The notes: generated by a model not told the origin, from the letters alone. A stretch of 64,000 nt of DNA from Candidatus Eiseniibacteriota bacterium (GCA_963762255.1 CAVXKA010000002.1:992001-1056000), one strand, 5' to 3'; counted from the first letter of the stretch, positions 51,980 through 62,048 are shown. Made by a program: numbers and translations.

Positions 51980-54900
51980 TTGACCGACAGCAAGCGGCTT
52001 CTGTCCTTTACGCTGCTGGCAGCTTTGTTTGCAGGGTTGATTTGGTCATGGTCCGCCGGCGCGCCTCGGCCGCCGCGTGCCTTCGATCCCCCAGCCGGCA
52101 TCTTGTCCCTGTCTGCCGACGATGCGGGCGACCCCGCGCTCAATCCCGGCCTCAACGACACCTTCTACTTTGGCGGCACCCGGTGGGCACCCGACTCCTC
52201 TCGCTGGGAGGCGATCCCCGACTCCGTGTGGACATTCGAGACAGGCGTGGGATCGCACTACCAGCACCCGCCCGGATCGTGCAAGAACCCGAGCTTTCAT
52301 GAACTGATGGAGGGGTGGGCGGGCGCAGACCCCGGTTCCGAGACCACCGCCAGATTCCGCAGGCTGGGTACCAGCGCCTTCTCGGGCACGCCCTGTGTCG
52401 GCGCGGCGGGAGGCCTCGCCGGGAGCTACTCGTTCTGGGCGGGGCTCTTGGAAGCCGAAGCCGACTCGCTTTGCTGGGCCAGCGGTCAGGGATACGGAGA
52501 GAACTGGAGCATCTGCATCGTCAAGGAGATCGCCTACGATGGCGCAGGGTGTCTGCGATCTCGAGTACCGATATCAAGTGGACGTCGAACCCGGCTGGGA
52601 CTACGTCTACGTCGTCGTCGACACGACCGGGACCCTTCCCACCACCGAGGGCGTCGATGTCGCTTCGTACACCGGCCCGGCCAGCGGCACGGGAAGTCTG
52701 ACCCTCACGGCGGGGACCAGTCTTCCCAGCCAGGCAGGTCCCATTGCCGTCAAGTTCTGCGTCATCTCCGACGGTGCGTACTCCGACGAGGACGGAGACT
52801 ACGCGACCTCGTGCGGCGCATTCGGTGTGGACGACATCCACGTCTGGAACACGGACTGCGGCGGCGCGATCGACGGCCTCTCGACTTTCGAGACCGGGAA
52901 CGACGGATGGGTCACTGAGACACTGTGTCCCGGGACCGATGACCTCTCCCGCCTCGCGCCCGTGAGCGCCCTTCCCTGGCCCCCCGGCTACACAGGTGGA
53001 TGTGATCTCGGAGACTCGGTGCTCGCGTTCTACGACCCCGCGACCGGCGGGCATCCGCTCTATCAAGACAGCTACGCCGTGTCCCCCTGGATCGACCTCA
53101 GAGCGGCCGGAAAGACGGGCCTTCCGGGACGGTTCATTGAGCTTGGGGGGTACTACGACCTCCCACTATTGAACTACATCTTCGTACAGGCGCTGGCTCA
53201 GTGGTACCCGGATACTTGCTCCGTGACGGGTGCCACGCGAGTAAGCCCCCTCACGCTGACTCCAAACGTGTACTACTTCGCCGGAGTCCCCACGTGCGCG
53301 AGCGTCGCTCCGCGTCGGATCGACCTCAGGGATGTCCTACCTTCGACAGCGGAGCAAGTCCGAATAGCGGTGGGTGTCATCAACTACTGCCGCTACTACA
53401 GCAACTGCACGCAAGTCACCAACTCGACCCCCTGGTTCGACGACATCCGATTCGGGGTGACTACCACCAACAGAATCCAAACCCTGGTGGACGCGGCGGC
53501 GCCGGGAGATACCGTCCTCATCGGCGCCGGCACCTACTGGGGACCCGGCAATCGGGACATCACGTTTCGCGGGAAGGAGATCGTCCTCCTCGCCCCGGCG
53601 GGGCCAGAGAGCACGGTCATCGACTGCCAGGGCGCGGCGCGGGGGTTCATCATCGACAGCGGCGAGGACTCGACGCTGGTGATAGACGGGTTCACGGTGC
53701 GCAACGGCAAGGCGCCGGTGATAACCGAGCGCCCCTACATGGAGAACGGCGGCGCAGTCCTCGTCTCGGGCCTGGCTCATCCGACCCTCAAGAACTGTCG
53801 GCTGGAGTCCTCGCTGGCCGCTGTAGGAGGTGGGGCCTATGTAGGATCTCATTGCGGCATTCGGATGGAGGGCTGCACCGTCAGAGCCGACAGCGTCACT
53901 TCTTACGGCTATTACGACTCTTACGGCACGGGCGCCGGGGTACACGGGGCTGACCCGTCGACCGTCGCGATCCTCAATAGCATCATCCAAGACAACCGCA
54001 GGGGATTCGGGGTCCGAGGTGACGGGACGACTCAGGTGGACTCCTGTTTGATCGAAAGCAACCACGGAGCCGGAATTTACATCGGAGAAGATGGGTGGGT
54101 GCGCGATTGCACGGTCGGGGGTAATTCTGGGGCTGGCCTCCAGCTACAGTGCGTGGGCCAATGGAACAACGGGAGCTCTGCGGTCGTTCAACGCTGCGTG
54201 ATCAGCGGGAACCAGGGCTACGGGATTGTGGGGTGCGGGGCGGGTGCGATAGAGGATTGCACGGTCAACGGGAACGGGGCGGGAGGTATCAGTGTCTTCG
54301 ACACCACAATCCGCCGCTGCCTGGTCAGGGACAACAACGGCACCGGGGTATATCTGGGGGGAGGCCTACTGGAGGCTTGCGAGGTGACCGGGAACATCGG
54401 CATCGATGCGGGGGGGGTCTTCGCGAGCAACAGTTGGTGGCAGTCCTCGACGATCCGGGATTGCGTCATCACGGGGAACAGAGCCCCTCGAGGCGGCGGG
54501 GTCGCCTTCTCCTGGGACAGTATTGTGCCCAACTCTGGACAGATGATCGGATGCACAGTGAGCGGCAACCGCGCCGAGTTCGGCGGTGGCGTCTCCGTCA
54601 CGTACCAATACTTGCTCGACATTCGCCAATCGATCATCACGGGCAACTGCGCCGACAGCCTCGGAGCAGACGTCTACACTCGGGGCGATTCCACCACCGT
54701 GACGTTCCACTGCTGCGCATTCGACTCCTCCGGCATCGGCGGTCCCGGGCACTTCGTCTACGACGGCCCCCAGGTCTTCACCGACCCGCTCTTCTGCTCC
54801 CCCGCTTCCTGTTTCGCCACCCCGACGACTGCGGGCGACTACCACCTGACCACCGGCTCCCCATGCTTGCCGGAGTCCAGCCCCTGCGATTCTCTGATCG

Positions 54901-55226
54901 GGGCGCTGGGGTTGGGTTGCAGCACGACCGGCGTGCCCGATGACAAGCCGCCCCTGCCGACTACCGCGATGCTACGCGCCTACCCCAACCCGTTCAGGGC
55001 GGATGTCACCCTGCTCGTCGCGGTCCCGGCCGGAACGACCGGCGCCATCGAGATCTTCGACGTGCGCGGCCGGCGCGTTCGCGCGTTCGAGGCTCGCACC
55101 GGAGAGACCGCCCTGCGTTGGGACGGACGCTCGGAACAAGGTGTCTCGCTACCTCAAGGCCTCTACTTCGTTCACTTGCGCGCGGGCGCGGAGTTCAGGA
55201 CGCAGCGGGTGATCCTGCTACATTGA
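51980..55226 (+). pseudogene. Tandem paralog of 48467-51823 with a 1-nt insertion at ~52557 (possibly an assembly error)
   Basis: TTG start with GAGGT RBS. CTGCGATCTCGA here versus CTGCATCTCGA in the paralog; ORFs 51896-52918 and 52395-55226 supply the two halves. Confidence 0.82.
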
Positions 55227-55323
55227 TCACCCGGGTGAGCATCCCGTTTACCCGGGGAGAATGGTGCGTGTTAACCGCGCCGGCGGCGTGGCGACACGGT
55301 GATCACCCGGGTGATCATCACGC
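55224..55323. repeat. ~100-bp palindrome-rich element, copy 2
   Basis: Near-identical to 51821-51920; also begins at the TGA stop of the upstream gene. Confidence 0.85.
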
Positions 55324-55433
55324 GTCCGGATGGGCGGCGTGCGTGTTAACACTTGCCGCTCGGAGCCCCGCAGATCTTCGGACAGTCCTCGCATCCCGAC
55401 TTCAGCCTCGTCTCCCTGTGGTACGATCACGCC

Positions 55434-55658
55434 ATGAAACGGGATCCTTCAGAGCTGCTGAGAGAGGCCTTGGAGCTACCTCCGGAAGTACGCGCCGCCC
55501 TCGCCGGGTCGCTGCTAGAAAGCCTGGATGACACGCTAGACCCCGATGTTGAGGCCGCGTGGGAACAAGAAATCACCCGCCGGATTCAGGATCTGAATGG
55601 CATCAAGATGAAGCCCATACCCTGGTCTGAAGCCCGCCGTCTAATCGTCGGGGGGTAA
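55434..55658 (+). CDS. Addiction-module antitoxin component
   Basis: AL.LP...RA.LA..LL.SLD, AW..EI.RR, IPW.E pattern; TAATG overlap with the toxin. Confidence 0.85.
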   Translation: MKRDPSELLREALELPPEVRAALAGSLLESLDDTLDPDVEAAWEQEITRRIQDLNGIKMKPIPWSEARRLIVGG

Positions 55659-55966
55659 TGGCGCGGTTCTCAGTCGAATTCCATCCCGAGGCGGTAACTG
55701 AGGCTAGGGTCGCTGTCGAGTGGTATCGGGACCGAAGTGCGGCTGCAGCGAGTGCGTTGATCCACGAACTGGACGAGGCGGTCGCTGCAATCAAAGACGC
55801 GCCCCTCCGTTGGTCAGCGCACGTGTCGGGAACGCGACGATTCCTCCTTCATCGATTTCCTTACTCTCTTGTCTACCGAGTCATGGGCAACACGGTGCAG
55901 GTGATTGCGTTCGCCCACGCACGGCGACGCCCCCGCTACTGGGATGACCGGGGACAGTCGAACTAG
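55658..55966 (+). CDS. RelE/ParE-family type II toxin
   Basis: FHPEA..E...A..WY, RFPY.L.Y, V.A.AH.RRRP.YW. Confidence 0.9.
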   Translation: MARFSVEFHPEAVTEARVAVEWYRDRSAAAASALIHELDEAVAAIKDAPLRWSAHVSGTRRFLLHRFPYSLVYRVMGNTVQVIAFAHARRRPRYWDDRGQSN

Positions 55967-56043
55967 CAGGAGCAACCCAGTGCCTTGCGAATCTGCGCCA
56001 GGGAACGTTGCGCTCCAGACGATCCCACGACTTCCTCGCCCCA

Positions 56044-56883
56044 TCACTCCCCCGCCCAGGGATCTTCGTTCATCGCCACCGCCGCCGGCGCGGCGCCAAC
56101 GACTGAGGCCAGCACTCGGTGGATCGCCTGCACTCCCGCCGACAACGCCGCCGGCCCCGGCTGGAGGATGATCGACGAGTCGATCTCGAACGCGCGCCCC
56201 TCGCGCACGAACGGCGCTTGCGGCCATCCCGCGCGCTTCTCCAGATAGTCCGGACGGAACTTCGCGCCGCACCAGGAAGCGAACATCACGTCCGGCGCAC
56301 GCTCCAGCACCACCTCGGGCCTAGCCAGGATGCGGTCCTTGGCCAGCGCCGCCCCGCGCAGCTCGGGGAACACATCGATGCCCCCTGCGATCTCGATCAG
56401 CTCCATCACCCAGCGGCTCCCCGCGATCAGCGGGTCGTGCCACTCCTCGAAGTAGACGCGCGGCCGCCGGGGAAACTTCCGCCCCGCCACCTCGATCTCG
56501 GCGAGACCCTCCTCCAGCTCGCGCGCCAGCGCCTCGCTCTTCTCATGCACACCCACCAACGCCCCCAGTCGGCGGATCATGCCGAGAATCTCCGCCACCG
56601 ACCGCTGGTTGAAACAGTGCACCTCGATTCCCCGCCGAATCAACTCCGCGCAGATGTCGGCCTGCAAGTCGGAGAACCCGAGCACGAAGTCCGCGCGCAG
56701 TTCCACGATCTTCTCGATGTCGGCCTTGATGAACTGCGAGACAACCGGCTTGGTCTTCTTCGCCTCGGGCGGGCGCACCGTGAACGCGGAGATCCCCACG
56801 ATGCGATCCTCCTCGCCAAGGCGATAGAGGACCTCGGTGGTGTCCTCGGTCAGGCAGACGATTCGGCGCGGCTCCATGGCCAT
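56044..56883 (-). CDS. Cobalamin/BtuF-like periplasmic-binding-fold protein without evident signal peptide
   Basis: PRRIVCL.E..TE.LY.LG, FSDLQA, YFEEW..P, ILQPGP. Confidence 0.85.
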   Translation of the reverse strand: MAMEPRRIVCLTEDTTEVLYRLGEEDRIVGISAFTVRPPEAKKTKPVVSQFIKADIEKIVELRADFVLGFSDLQADICAELIRRGIEVHCFNQRSVAEILGMIRRLGALVGVHEKSEALARELEEGLAEIEVAGRKFPRRPRVYFEEWHDPLIAGSRWVMELIEIAGGIDVFPELRGAALAKDRILARPEVVLERAPDVMFASWCGAKFRPDYLEKRAGWPQAPFVREGRAFEIDSSIILQPGPAALSAGVQAIHRVLASVVGAAPAAVAMNEDPWAGE

Positions 56884-57062
56884 GGCACGGTCCTGCTTCC
56901 TGGCTGCGAACGGTGGCGGGCGACCCCGGACCCCATCAGACAGCAGTAACATACTATACATCAACGTGTTACAGCAATCGCCGTCGGCGGCTTGCGCCCG
57001 CGCGAGCGATCGTCTATACAATGCACGGCTGCAATTTCGCCCCGGATTGCCCTGGAGAGCCT

Positions 57063-59792
57063 ATGCCGAAGCGACTGGTCATCGTCGAGTCCCCCGCCAA
57101 GGCGCGCACGATCTCGCGCTTTCTGGGGAAGGATTACGTGGTCGACTCGAGCATCGGGCACATCCGCGATCTCCCCAGCAGCGCGGCCCAGATACCGGCG
57201 GCGGTCAAGAAAGAGAAGTGGGCGCGCCTCGGCGTGAACGTCGACAAGGACTTCGAACCACTCTACGTGGTCCCCGCCGAGAAGAAGAAGAAGGTTGCGG
57301 AGCTCAAAGAGCAATTGAAGGGCGCGGACGAACTCCTGCTCGCCACCGACGAAGACCGCGAGGGCGAGGCGATTTCCTGGCACCTGCTGGAGCTCCTCAA
57401 GCCCAAGGTCCCCTACTCCCGCCTCGTCTTCCACGAGATCACCCGCGAAGCGATCCACGAGGCCCTCAACAACACGCGCCCCCTCGACGAACGACTGGTC
57501 TCCGCGCAGGAGACGCGCCGCATCCTCGACCGGCTCTATGGGTACGAGGTATCGCCGCTCCTCTGGAAGAAGATCGCGCCAAAGCTTTCCGCCGGCCGCG
57601 TGCAGAGCGTGGCGATCCGCTTGGTCGTGGAGCGCGAGCGCGCGCGGATCCGCTTCCGGGAAGCCGCGTACTGGGACGTCGAAGGGCTCTTCGCCACGGC
57701 GAAGCACGAAGAGTTCCCCGCCACGCTCATTACTCTGGGCGGCAAGCGCGTGGCCCTGGGCAAGGACTTCGACCCCGAGACGGGCACGCTCACGAACAAG
57801 GACGTCGTGCTGGTGGACGGCGCGCGCGCGCAGTCGCTCGCCAAAGACCTCTGCCGGCAACCGTGGAAGGTTCTCGAGACGGAGACGAAGCCGTTCGTGC
57901 AGAACCCGCCGGCACCGTTCACCACAAGTACATTGCAGCAGGAAGGGGCGCGCAAGCTTCACTTCACTGCGCGGCGCACCATGCAGGTCGCGCAGCGGCT
58001 CTACGAGAACGGCTTTATCACCTACATGCGGACCGACTCCACGACGCTGTCGGACCAGGCGTTGGCCGCCGCGCGTCAGGCGGTCCTCTCTCTCTACGGA
58101 GACCGGTTCCTCTCCGATCAGCCGCGCCAGTTCAAAACCAAGGTACGCAACGCGCAGGAAGCCCATGAGGCCATCCGCCCCGCCGGCGATCACTTCCGCA
58201 CTCCGGCGGACCTCAAGCACGAGCTGCACGGCGAGGATTTCAAGCTCTACGAACTGATCTGGATGCGCACGATGGCAAGCCAGATGGCGGAGGCGCGCGG
58301 TCGTCGCATGACCGTGCGTCTCGGCGCCGCGGACGCGGTGTTCCAGGCCTCGGGCAAGGTCATCGACTTCCCCGGTTTCCTGCGCGTCTACGTCGAAGGC
58401 TCGGACGATCCCGAGGCGGATCTCGCCGAGCAAGAGACGCTTCTCCCGGCCATGGAGAAGGGCGATCCGTTGACCTGCCGCAACCTGGAGGCGAAGGAAC
58501 ATCGCACCCAGCCTCCGGCGCGCTTCACCGAAGCCTCGCTGGTGAAGGAGTTGGAGGCCAACGGCATCGGCCGCCCCTCCACCTACGCAAGCATCATCGA
58601 CACGATCGAGCGGCGCGAGTACACGTTCAAGCGCGGCACCGCATTGGTGCCGACGTACCTGGCGTTCGCGGTCGTGAACCTGATGGAGAAGCATTTCACC
58701 GACCTCGTGGATCCGGGTTTCACCGCCCGCATGGAAGACGACCTGGACGCGATCTCGCGCGGCGAGGCGGAAGCGCTCCCCTACCTGAAGTCCTTCTACT
58801 TCGGGAACGGACACAAGGGACTGCGCGCGCAGTTGGACGAGAAGGCGGAGCACATCGATCCCCGCGAGGTGTGCACGCTGCCTTTGGGCAAGACCCCCGA
58901 GGGCGCCGACGTCGCGGTGCGGGTGGGACGCTACGGCCCCTACCTTCAGAGCGGCGACTCGACCGCGCCTATCCCCGACGGCACCGCTCCGGATGAGATC
59001 ACGCTCGCGCGCGCGATCGAGATCCTCTCCACCGCGCAGCAGGGCCCGCGCGTGCTGGGGCAGGATGCCGAGACCGGTTCAGCGGTAACCGTGCGCGACG
59101 GTCGCTTCGGGCCCTACGTACAGCTCGGCGAGGCGGAGGGAAAGAAGAAGCCGAAGACGGCGTCGCTCCTGCGCGGCATGACCCCGGACACGGTGGACCT
59201 GCCGGCGGCGCTCAAGCTCCTGAGTCTCCCCAGAACGGTGGGGCAAGACGAGCACGGCGTGGACATCATGGTTGCGAACGGCCGCTTCGGTCCGTTCCTC
59301 AAGCGCGGCACCGACACGCGAAGCCTGGCCGGCGAAGAGCAGATCTTCACACTCACGCGCGAGGAAGCGCTGGCGTTACTGGCTCAGCCCAAGCAGGGGC
59401 GGCGCGGCGACGCGCCGCAGGCGCTCCGTTCGCTGGGCCCCGCCGAGGCGCTCGACGGCGCCGAGGTGAAGCTCATGGACGGGCGCTACGGCCCGTATGT
59501 GACCGACGGCACTCACAACGCCTCGCTTCCAAGAGGGGCGGATCCCGCCACGGTGACCATCGAGACCGCGATCGAGCTGATTGAAGCGCGCAAGGCTCGC
59601 GGGCCGGTGGAGCGGCGGGGGGGGCGAAGGACAACGAAGCGGGCCGCCGCGAAGCCCACGCGCGCGGCCGAGAAGTCGCCCGGGGAGGCTCGGGCTAAGA
59701 AGGTCGCCAAGAAGAAGACCGTCGCGAAATCCTCGAAGAAGACCGCCAAGAAGAAGTCGACGAAGAGGGCTGCCGGCCCCGCGTCGACTTGA
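57063..59792 (+). CDS. topA: DNA topoisomerase I with C-terminal repeats and Lys-rich tail
   Basis: IVESPAKA, ATDEDREGE, SAGRVQ, ITYMRTDS, AHEAIRP, GRYGPY repeats. Confidence 0.97.
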   Translation: MPKRLVIVESPAKARTISRFLGKDYVVDSSIGHIRDLPSSAAQIPAAVKKEKWARLGVNVDKDFEPLYVVPAEKKKKVAELKEQLKGADELLLATDEDREGEAISWHLLELLKPKVPYSRLVFHEITREAIHEALNNTRPLDERLVSAQETRRILDRLYGYEVSPLLWKKIAPKLSAGRVQSVAIRLVVERERARIRFREAAYWDVEGLFATAKHEEFPATLITLGGKRVALGKDFDPETGTLTNKDVVLVDGARAQSLAKDLCRQPWKVLETETKPFVQNPPAPFTTSTLQQEGARKLHFTARRTMQVAQRLYENGFITYMRTDSTTLSDQALAAARQAVLSLYGDRFLSDQPRQFKTKVRNAQEAHEAIRPAGDHFRTPADLKHELHGEDFKLYELIWMRTMASQMAEARGRRMTVRLGAADAVFQASGKVIDFPGFLRVYVEGSDDPEADLAEQETLLPAMEKGDPLTCRNLEAKEHRTQPPARFTEASLVKELEANGIGRPSTYASIIDTIERREYTFKRGTALVPTYLAFAVVNLMEKHFTDLVDPGFTARMEDDLDAISRGEAEALPYLKSFYFGNGHKGLRAQLDEKAEHIDPREVCTLPLGKTPEGADVAVRVGRYGPYLQSGDSTAPIPDGTAPDEITLARAIEILSTAQQGPRVLGQDAETGSAVTVRDGRFGPYVQLGEAEGKKKPKTASLLRGMTPDTVDLPAALKLLSLPRTVGQDEHGVDIMVANGRFGPFLKRGTDTRSLAGEEQIFTLTREEALALLAQPKQGRRGDAPQALRSLGPAEALDGAEVKLMDGRYGPYVTDGTHNASLPRGADPATVTIETAIELIEARKARGPVERRGGRRTTKRAAAKPTRAAEKSPGEARAKKVAKKKTVAKSSKKTAKKKSTKRAAGPAST

Positions 59793-59805
59793 TCCGACGG
59801 ACGGG

Positions 59806-60579
59806 ATGACAAACCTCACGATCCCCCGATCCTGGATCGCCCTCATCTTGCTGATGGCGTCGACCGGCAGCCTCGTCGGATGCGGAGCAAAGAGCGCGAT
59901 CACCGTCTTTACTGCGGACGAACTCGTGGCGGCGGTGACCGAGGCCGCTGCCGAGTTTCGAGAGCAGGGCGCCCCCCGCGTGACCATCCGTGCCGGAGCG
60001 ACCGCCGACCTCGCCCGCGCGATCGATCGGGGAGAGGCAGCCGATCTGTGGCTATCCGCGGACCCGGCATGGACCGACTCCCTTCAGGCCGGGCACCGCC
60101 TCACATCCGACGGCGCACGCCTCCTCGCGTGGGACAGCCTCGTCGCGGTGGTGCCCGCCGGGCAGGGCCCCGCGCCAATTAACCAATACCTTCTTCCCGA
60201 TTACCGCCGTATCGCGACCGCGGACACGACGACCAGCTTGGTTGGCCGTTGCGCGAAGCAGGGACTTTCCACCATGGGGGTCTGGGGCGCGATCCGCGAC
60301 CGCGTCGTCACCGCCGCCGACGCGCGCGCGGCTCTGGCCATGGTCGAACGCGGCGAGGCCGACGCGGGGATCGTGCCGGCCACGTTGGCCAAGAGCTCTT
60401 CAGGCGTTGAGGTCGGCTTCACGCTCTCCGAAGGCACCCACGACGTGTTGGCCTACACCGGTGCGGTCGTGCAGGGCGCATCGCGCGCCGAGGCCGCGCG
60501 TCGATTTCTCGACTTCCTCTCCGGACCGCGCGGACGCGAAATCCTGCGCCGGCACGGTTTCCTGGGAGTCGGAGAGTGA
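59806..60579 (+). CDS. modA: ModA-like molybdate/oxyanion-binding lipoprotein, divergent
   Basis: Lipobox LVGC, ADL..SA, VERGEADAGIV, F..FL....GREIL..HGF. Confidence 0.75.
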   Translation: MTNLTIPRSWIALILLMASTGSLVGCGAKSAITVFTADELVAAVTEAAAEFREQGAPRVTIRAGATADLARAIDRGEAADLWLSADPAWTDSLQAGHRLTSDGARLLAWDSLVAVVPAGQGPAPINQYLLPDYRRIATADTTTSLVGRCAKQGLSTMGVWGAIRDRVVTAADARAALAMVERGEADAGIVPATLAKSSSGVEVGFTLSEGTHDVLAYTGAVVQGASRAEAARRFLDFLSGPRGREILRRHGFLGVGE

Positions 60580-61778
60580 CGAAGCCGCCTGCCGCCGCCT
60601 CCACCGCGACGAACCTCCCCAGACCGCGCCGCCTCCGCTTCGACCGCCACGAATGGGCCGGGAGCTTCGGCGACATCGGCACCGACCTACCCCTCATCGT
60701 CGGCATGATCCTCGCCGTGGGACTCGATAGCGCGAGCGTGTTCATCGTCTTCGGCGCGCTGCAGATTCTGACCGGGCTCGTCTACGGCCTGCCGATGCCG
60801 ATGCAGCCCCTGAAGGCGATGGCGGTGCTGGTCATCACCCAGAAGATTGCGGGACCGGTGCTCTTTGGTGCGGGGCTCTCGATCGGCATCGTCATGCTGG
60901 TGTTGAGCCTCACCGGTGCGCTGAGCTGGCTCGCCCGCGTGATCCCGCTGTGTGCCGTGCGCGGCGTGCAGTTCGGACTGGGCCTCTCGCTCGCCTCGCT
61001 CGCGTTGAAGACGTACATTCCTTCGGCCGGCATACCCGGGTACGCGTTGGCGGCGGTTGGGTTCGCGATCTTGATCGCGCTGTGGGGAAGTCACCGCTAT
61101 CCGGCCGGGCTCTTCGTGATCGCGATAGGCATCGTTTACGCTGTCGCGTTCAAGCTCGACTGGGGGACGATTGGGGCAGGGATCGGGTTCACGCTGCCGC
61201 AGGTGCATCAGCCCACTGTGCGCGACATGGCCACCGGGTTCGTAGTGCTGGCGTTGCCGCAGATTCCCCTCTCGCTCTCGAACTCGATCATCGCCACCAA
61301 ACAGACGATCCATGATCTCTTCCCGGCGCGAGAGACCTCAGTGCGTCGAATCGGCCTCACGTACTCCGTGGCCAACCTGATCGCCCCGTTCCTGAGCGGC
61401 ATCCCGGTCTGCCACGGCTGCGGAGGACTCGCCGGACACTATGCGCTGGGCGCGCGCACCGGCGGCTCCGTGGTTATCTACGGCTCGATGTACTTGGTGA
61501 TCGGGCTCTTCCTGAGTGGAGCCTTCGCCGAAGTGGTCAAGGTCTTCCCGCAGCCCATTCTCGGGGTGGTGCTCCTGTTCGAGGCACTCACATTGCTTCT
61601 CTTCATCCGCGATCAGGCGGCGAGCCGGCGCCACCTGTTCATCGCGCTCCTGGTCGGACTTCTGGCCTTCGCCGTCCCCCAGGGGTACGTGGTGGGCCTC
61701 CTGGTCGGCGTCGCCCTGTACTACCTCTCGAACCGCTTCCCGCTGCTGGACGGTGCGGACCGCTCCCGCATGCGGTAG
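60576..61778 (+). CDS. MOT1-family molybdate/sulfate transporter
   Basis: G.FGD.GT..P, P.P.QP.K, GVQ.GLG, P.CHG.GGLA..Y..GAR.G. Confidence 0.88.
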   Translation: MTKPPAAASTATNLPRPRRLRFDRHEWAGSFGDIGTDLPLIVGMILAVGLDSASVFIVFGALQILTGLVYGLPMPMQPLKAMAVLVITQKIAGPVLFGAGLSIGIVMLVLSLTGALSWLARVIPLCAVRGVQFGLGLSLASLALKTYIPSAGIPGYALAAVGFAILIALWGSHRYPAGLFVIAIGIVYAVAFKLDWGTIGAGIGFTLPQVHQPTVRDMATGFVVLALPQIPLSLSNSIIATKQTIHDLFPARETSVRRIGLTYSVANLIAPFLSGIPVCHGCGGLAGHYALGARTGGSVVIYGSMYLVIGLFLSGAFAEVVKVFPQPILGVVLLFEALTLLLFIRDQAASRRHLFIALLVGLLAFAVPQGYVVGLLVGVALYYLSNRFPLLDGADRSRMR

Positions 61779-61835
61779 ACTCTCCCCCGTTCAGTTTCCG
61801 GGCCTCCCCTGCGGAAAACGATGGAAGGAACGCCG

Positions 61836-62048
61836 ATGCCGATCAGCAAGGAACTTCTCGACATCCTCGTCTGCCCCCTCTCGCACGCGACGCTCGTGCT
61901 GGACGGCGAGACGCTGGTCTCCACCGACAAGGCGACCCGCCGCCGCTACAAGATCGAGGACGGCATCCCCAACATGCTGATCGAAGAAGCGGAAGAGCTG
62001 GACGAGACCGCATGGGCCGAGATCATGAAGCGACACGGGAAGGGCTGA
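61836..62048 (+). CDS. Trm112/YcaR-like small protein
   Basis: LLDILVCP, Y.I.DGIP.ML..EA. Confidence 0.88.
   Translation: MPISKELLDILVCPLSHATLVLDGETLVSTDKATRRRYKIEDGIPNMLIEEAEELDETAWAEIMKRHGKG

Noticed and set aside
48467-55226. Diversity-generating retroelement (template/variable repeat pair) between the two paralogs
   Set aside because: No reverse transcriptase in the window. The differences I inspected involve all bases and many synonymous sites, not only adenines.
51821-55323. CRISPR array or integron attC sites
   Set aside because: Only two copies, 3.4 kb apart, with no spacers or cas genes. No clear RYYYAAC...GTTRRRY boundaries and no integrase.
59620-59792. Lys/Ala-rich low-complexity repeat at the end of topA
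   Set aside because: Basic tails are a known feature of TopA proteins with C-terminal repeats.
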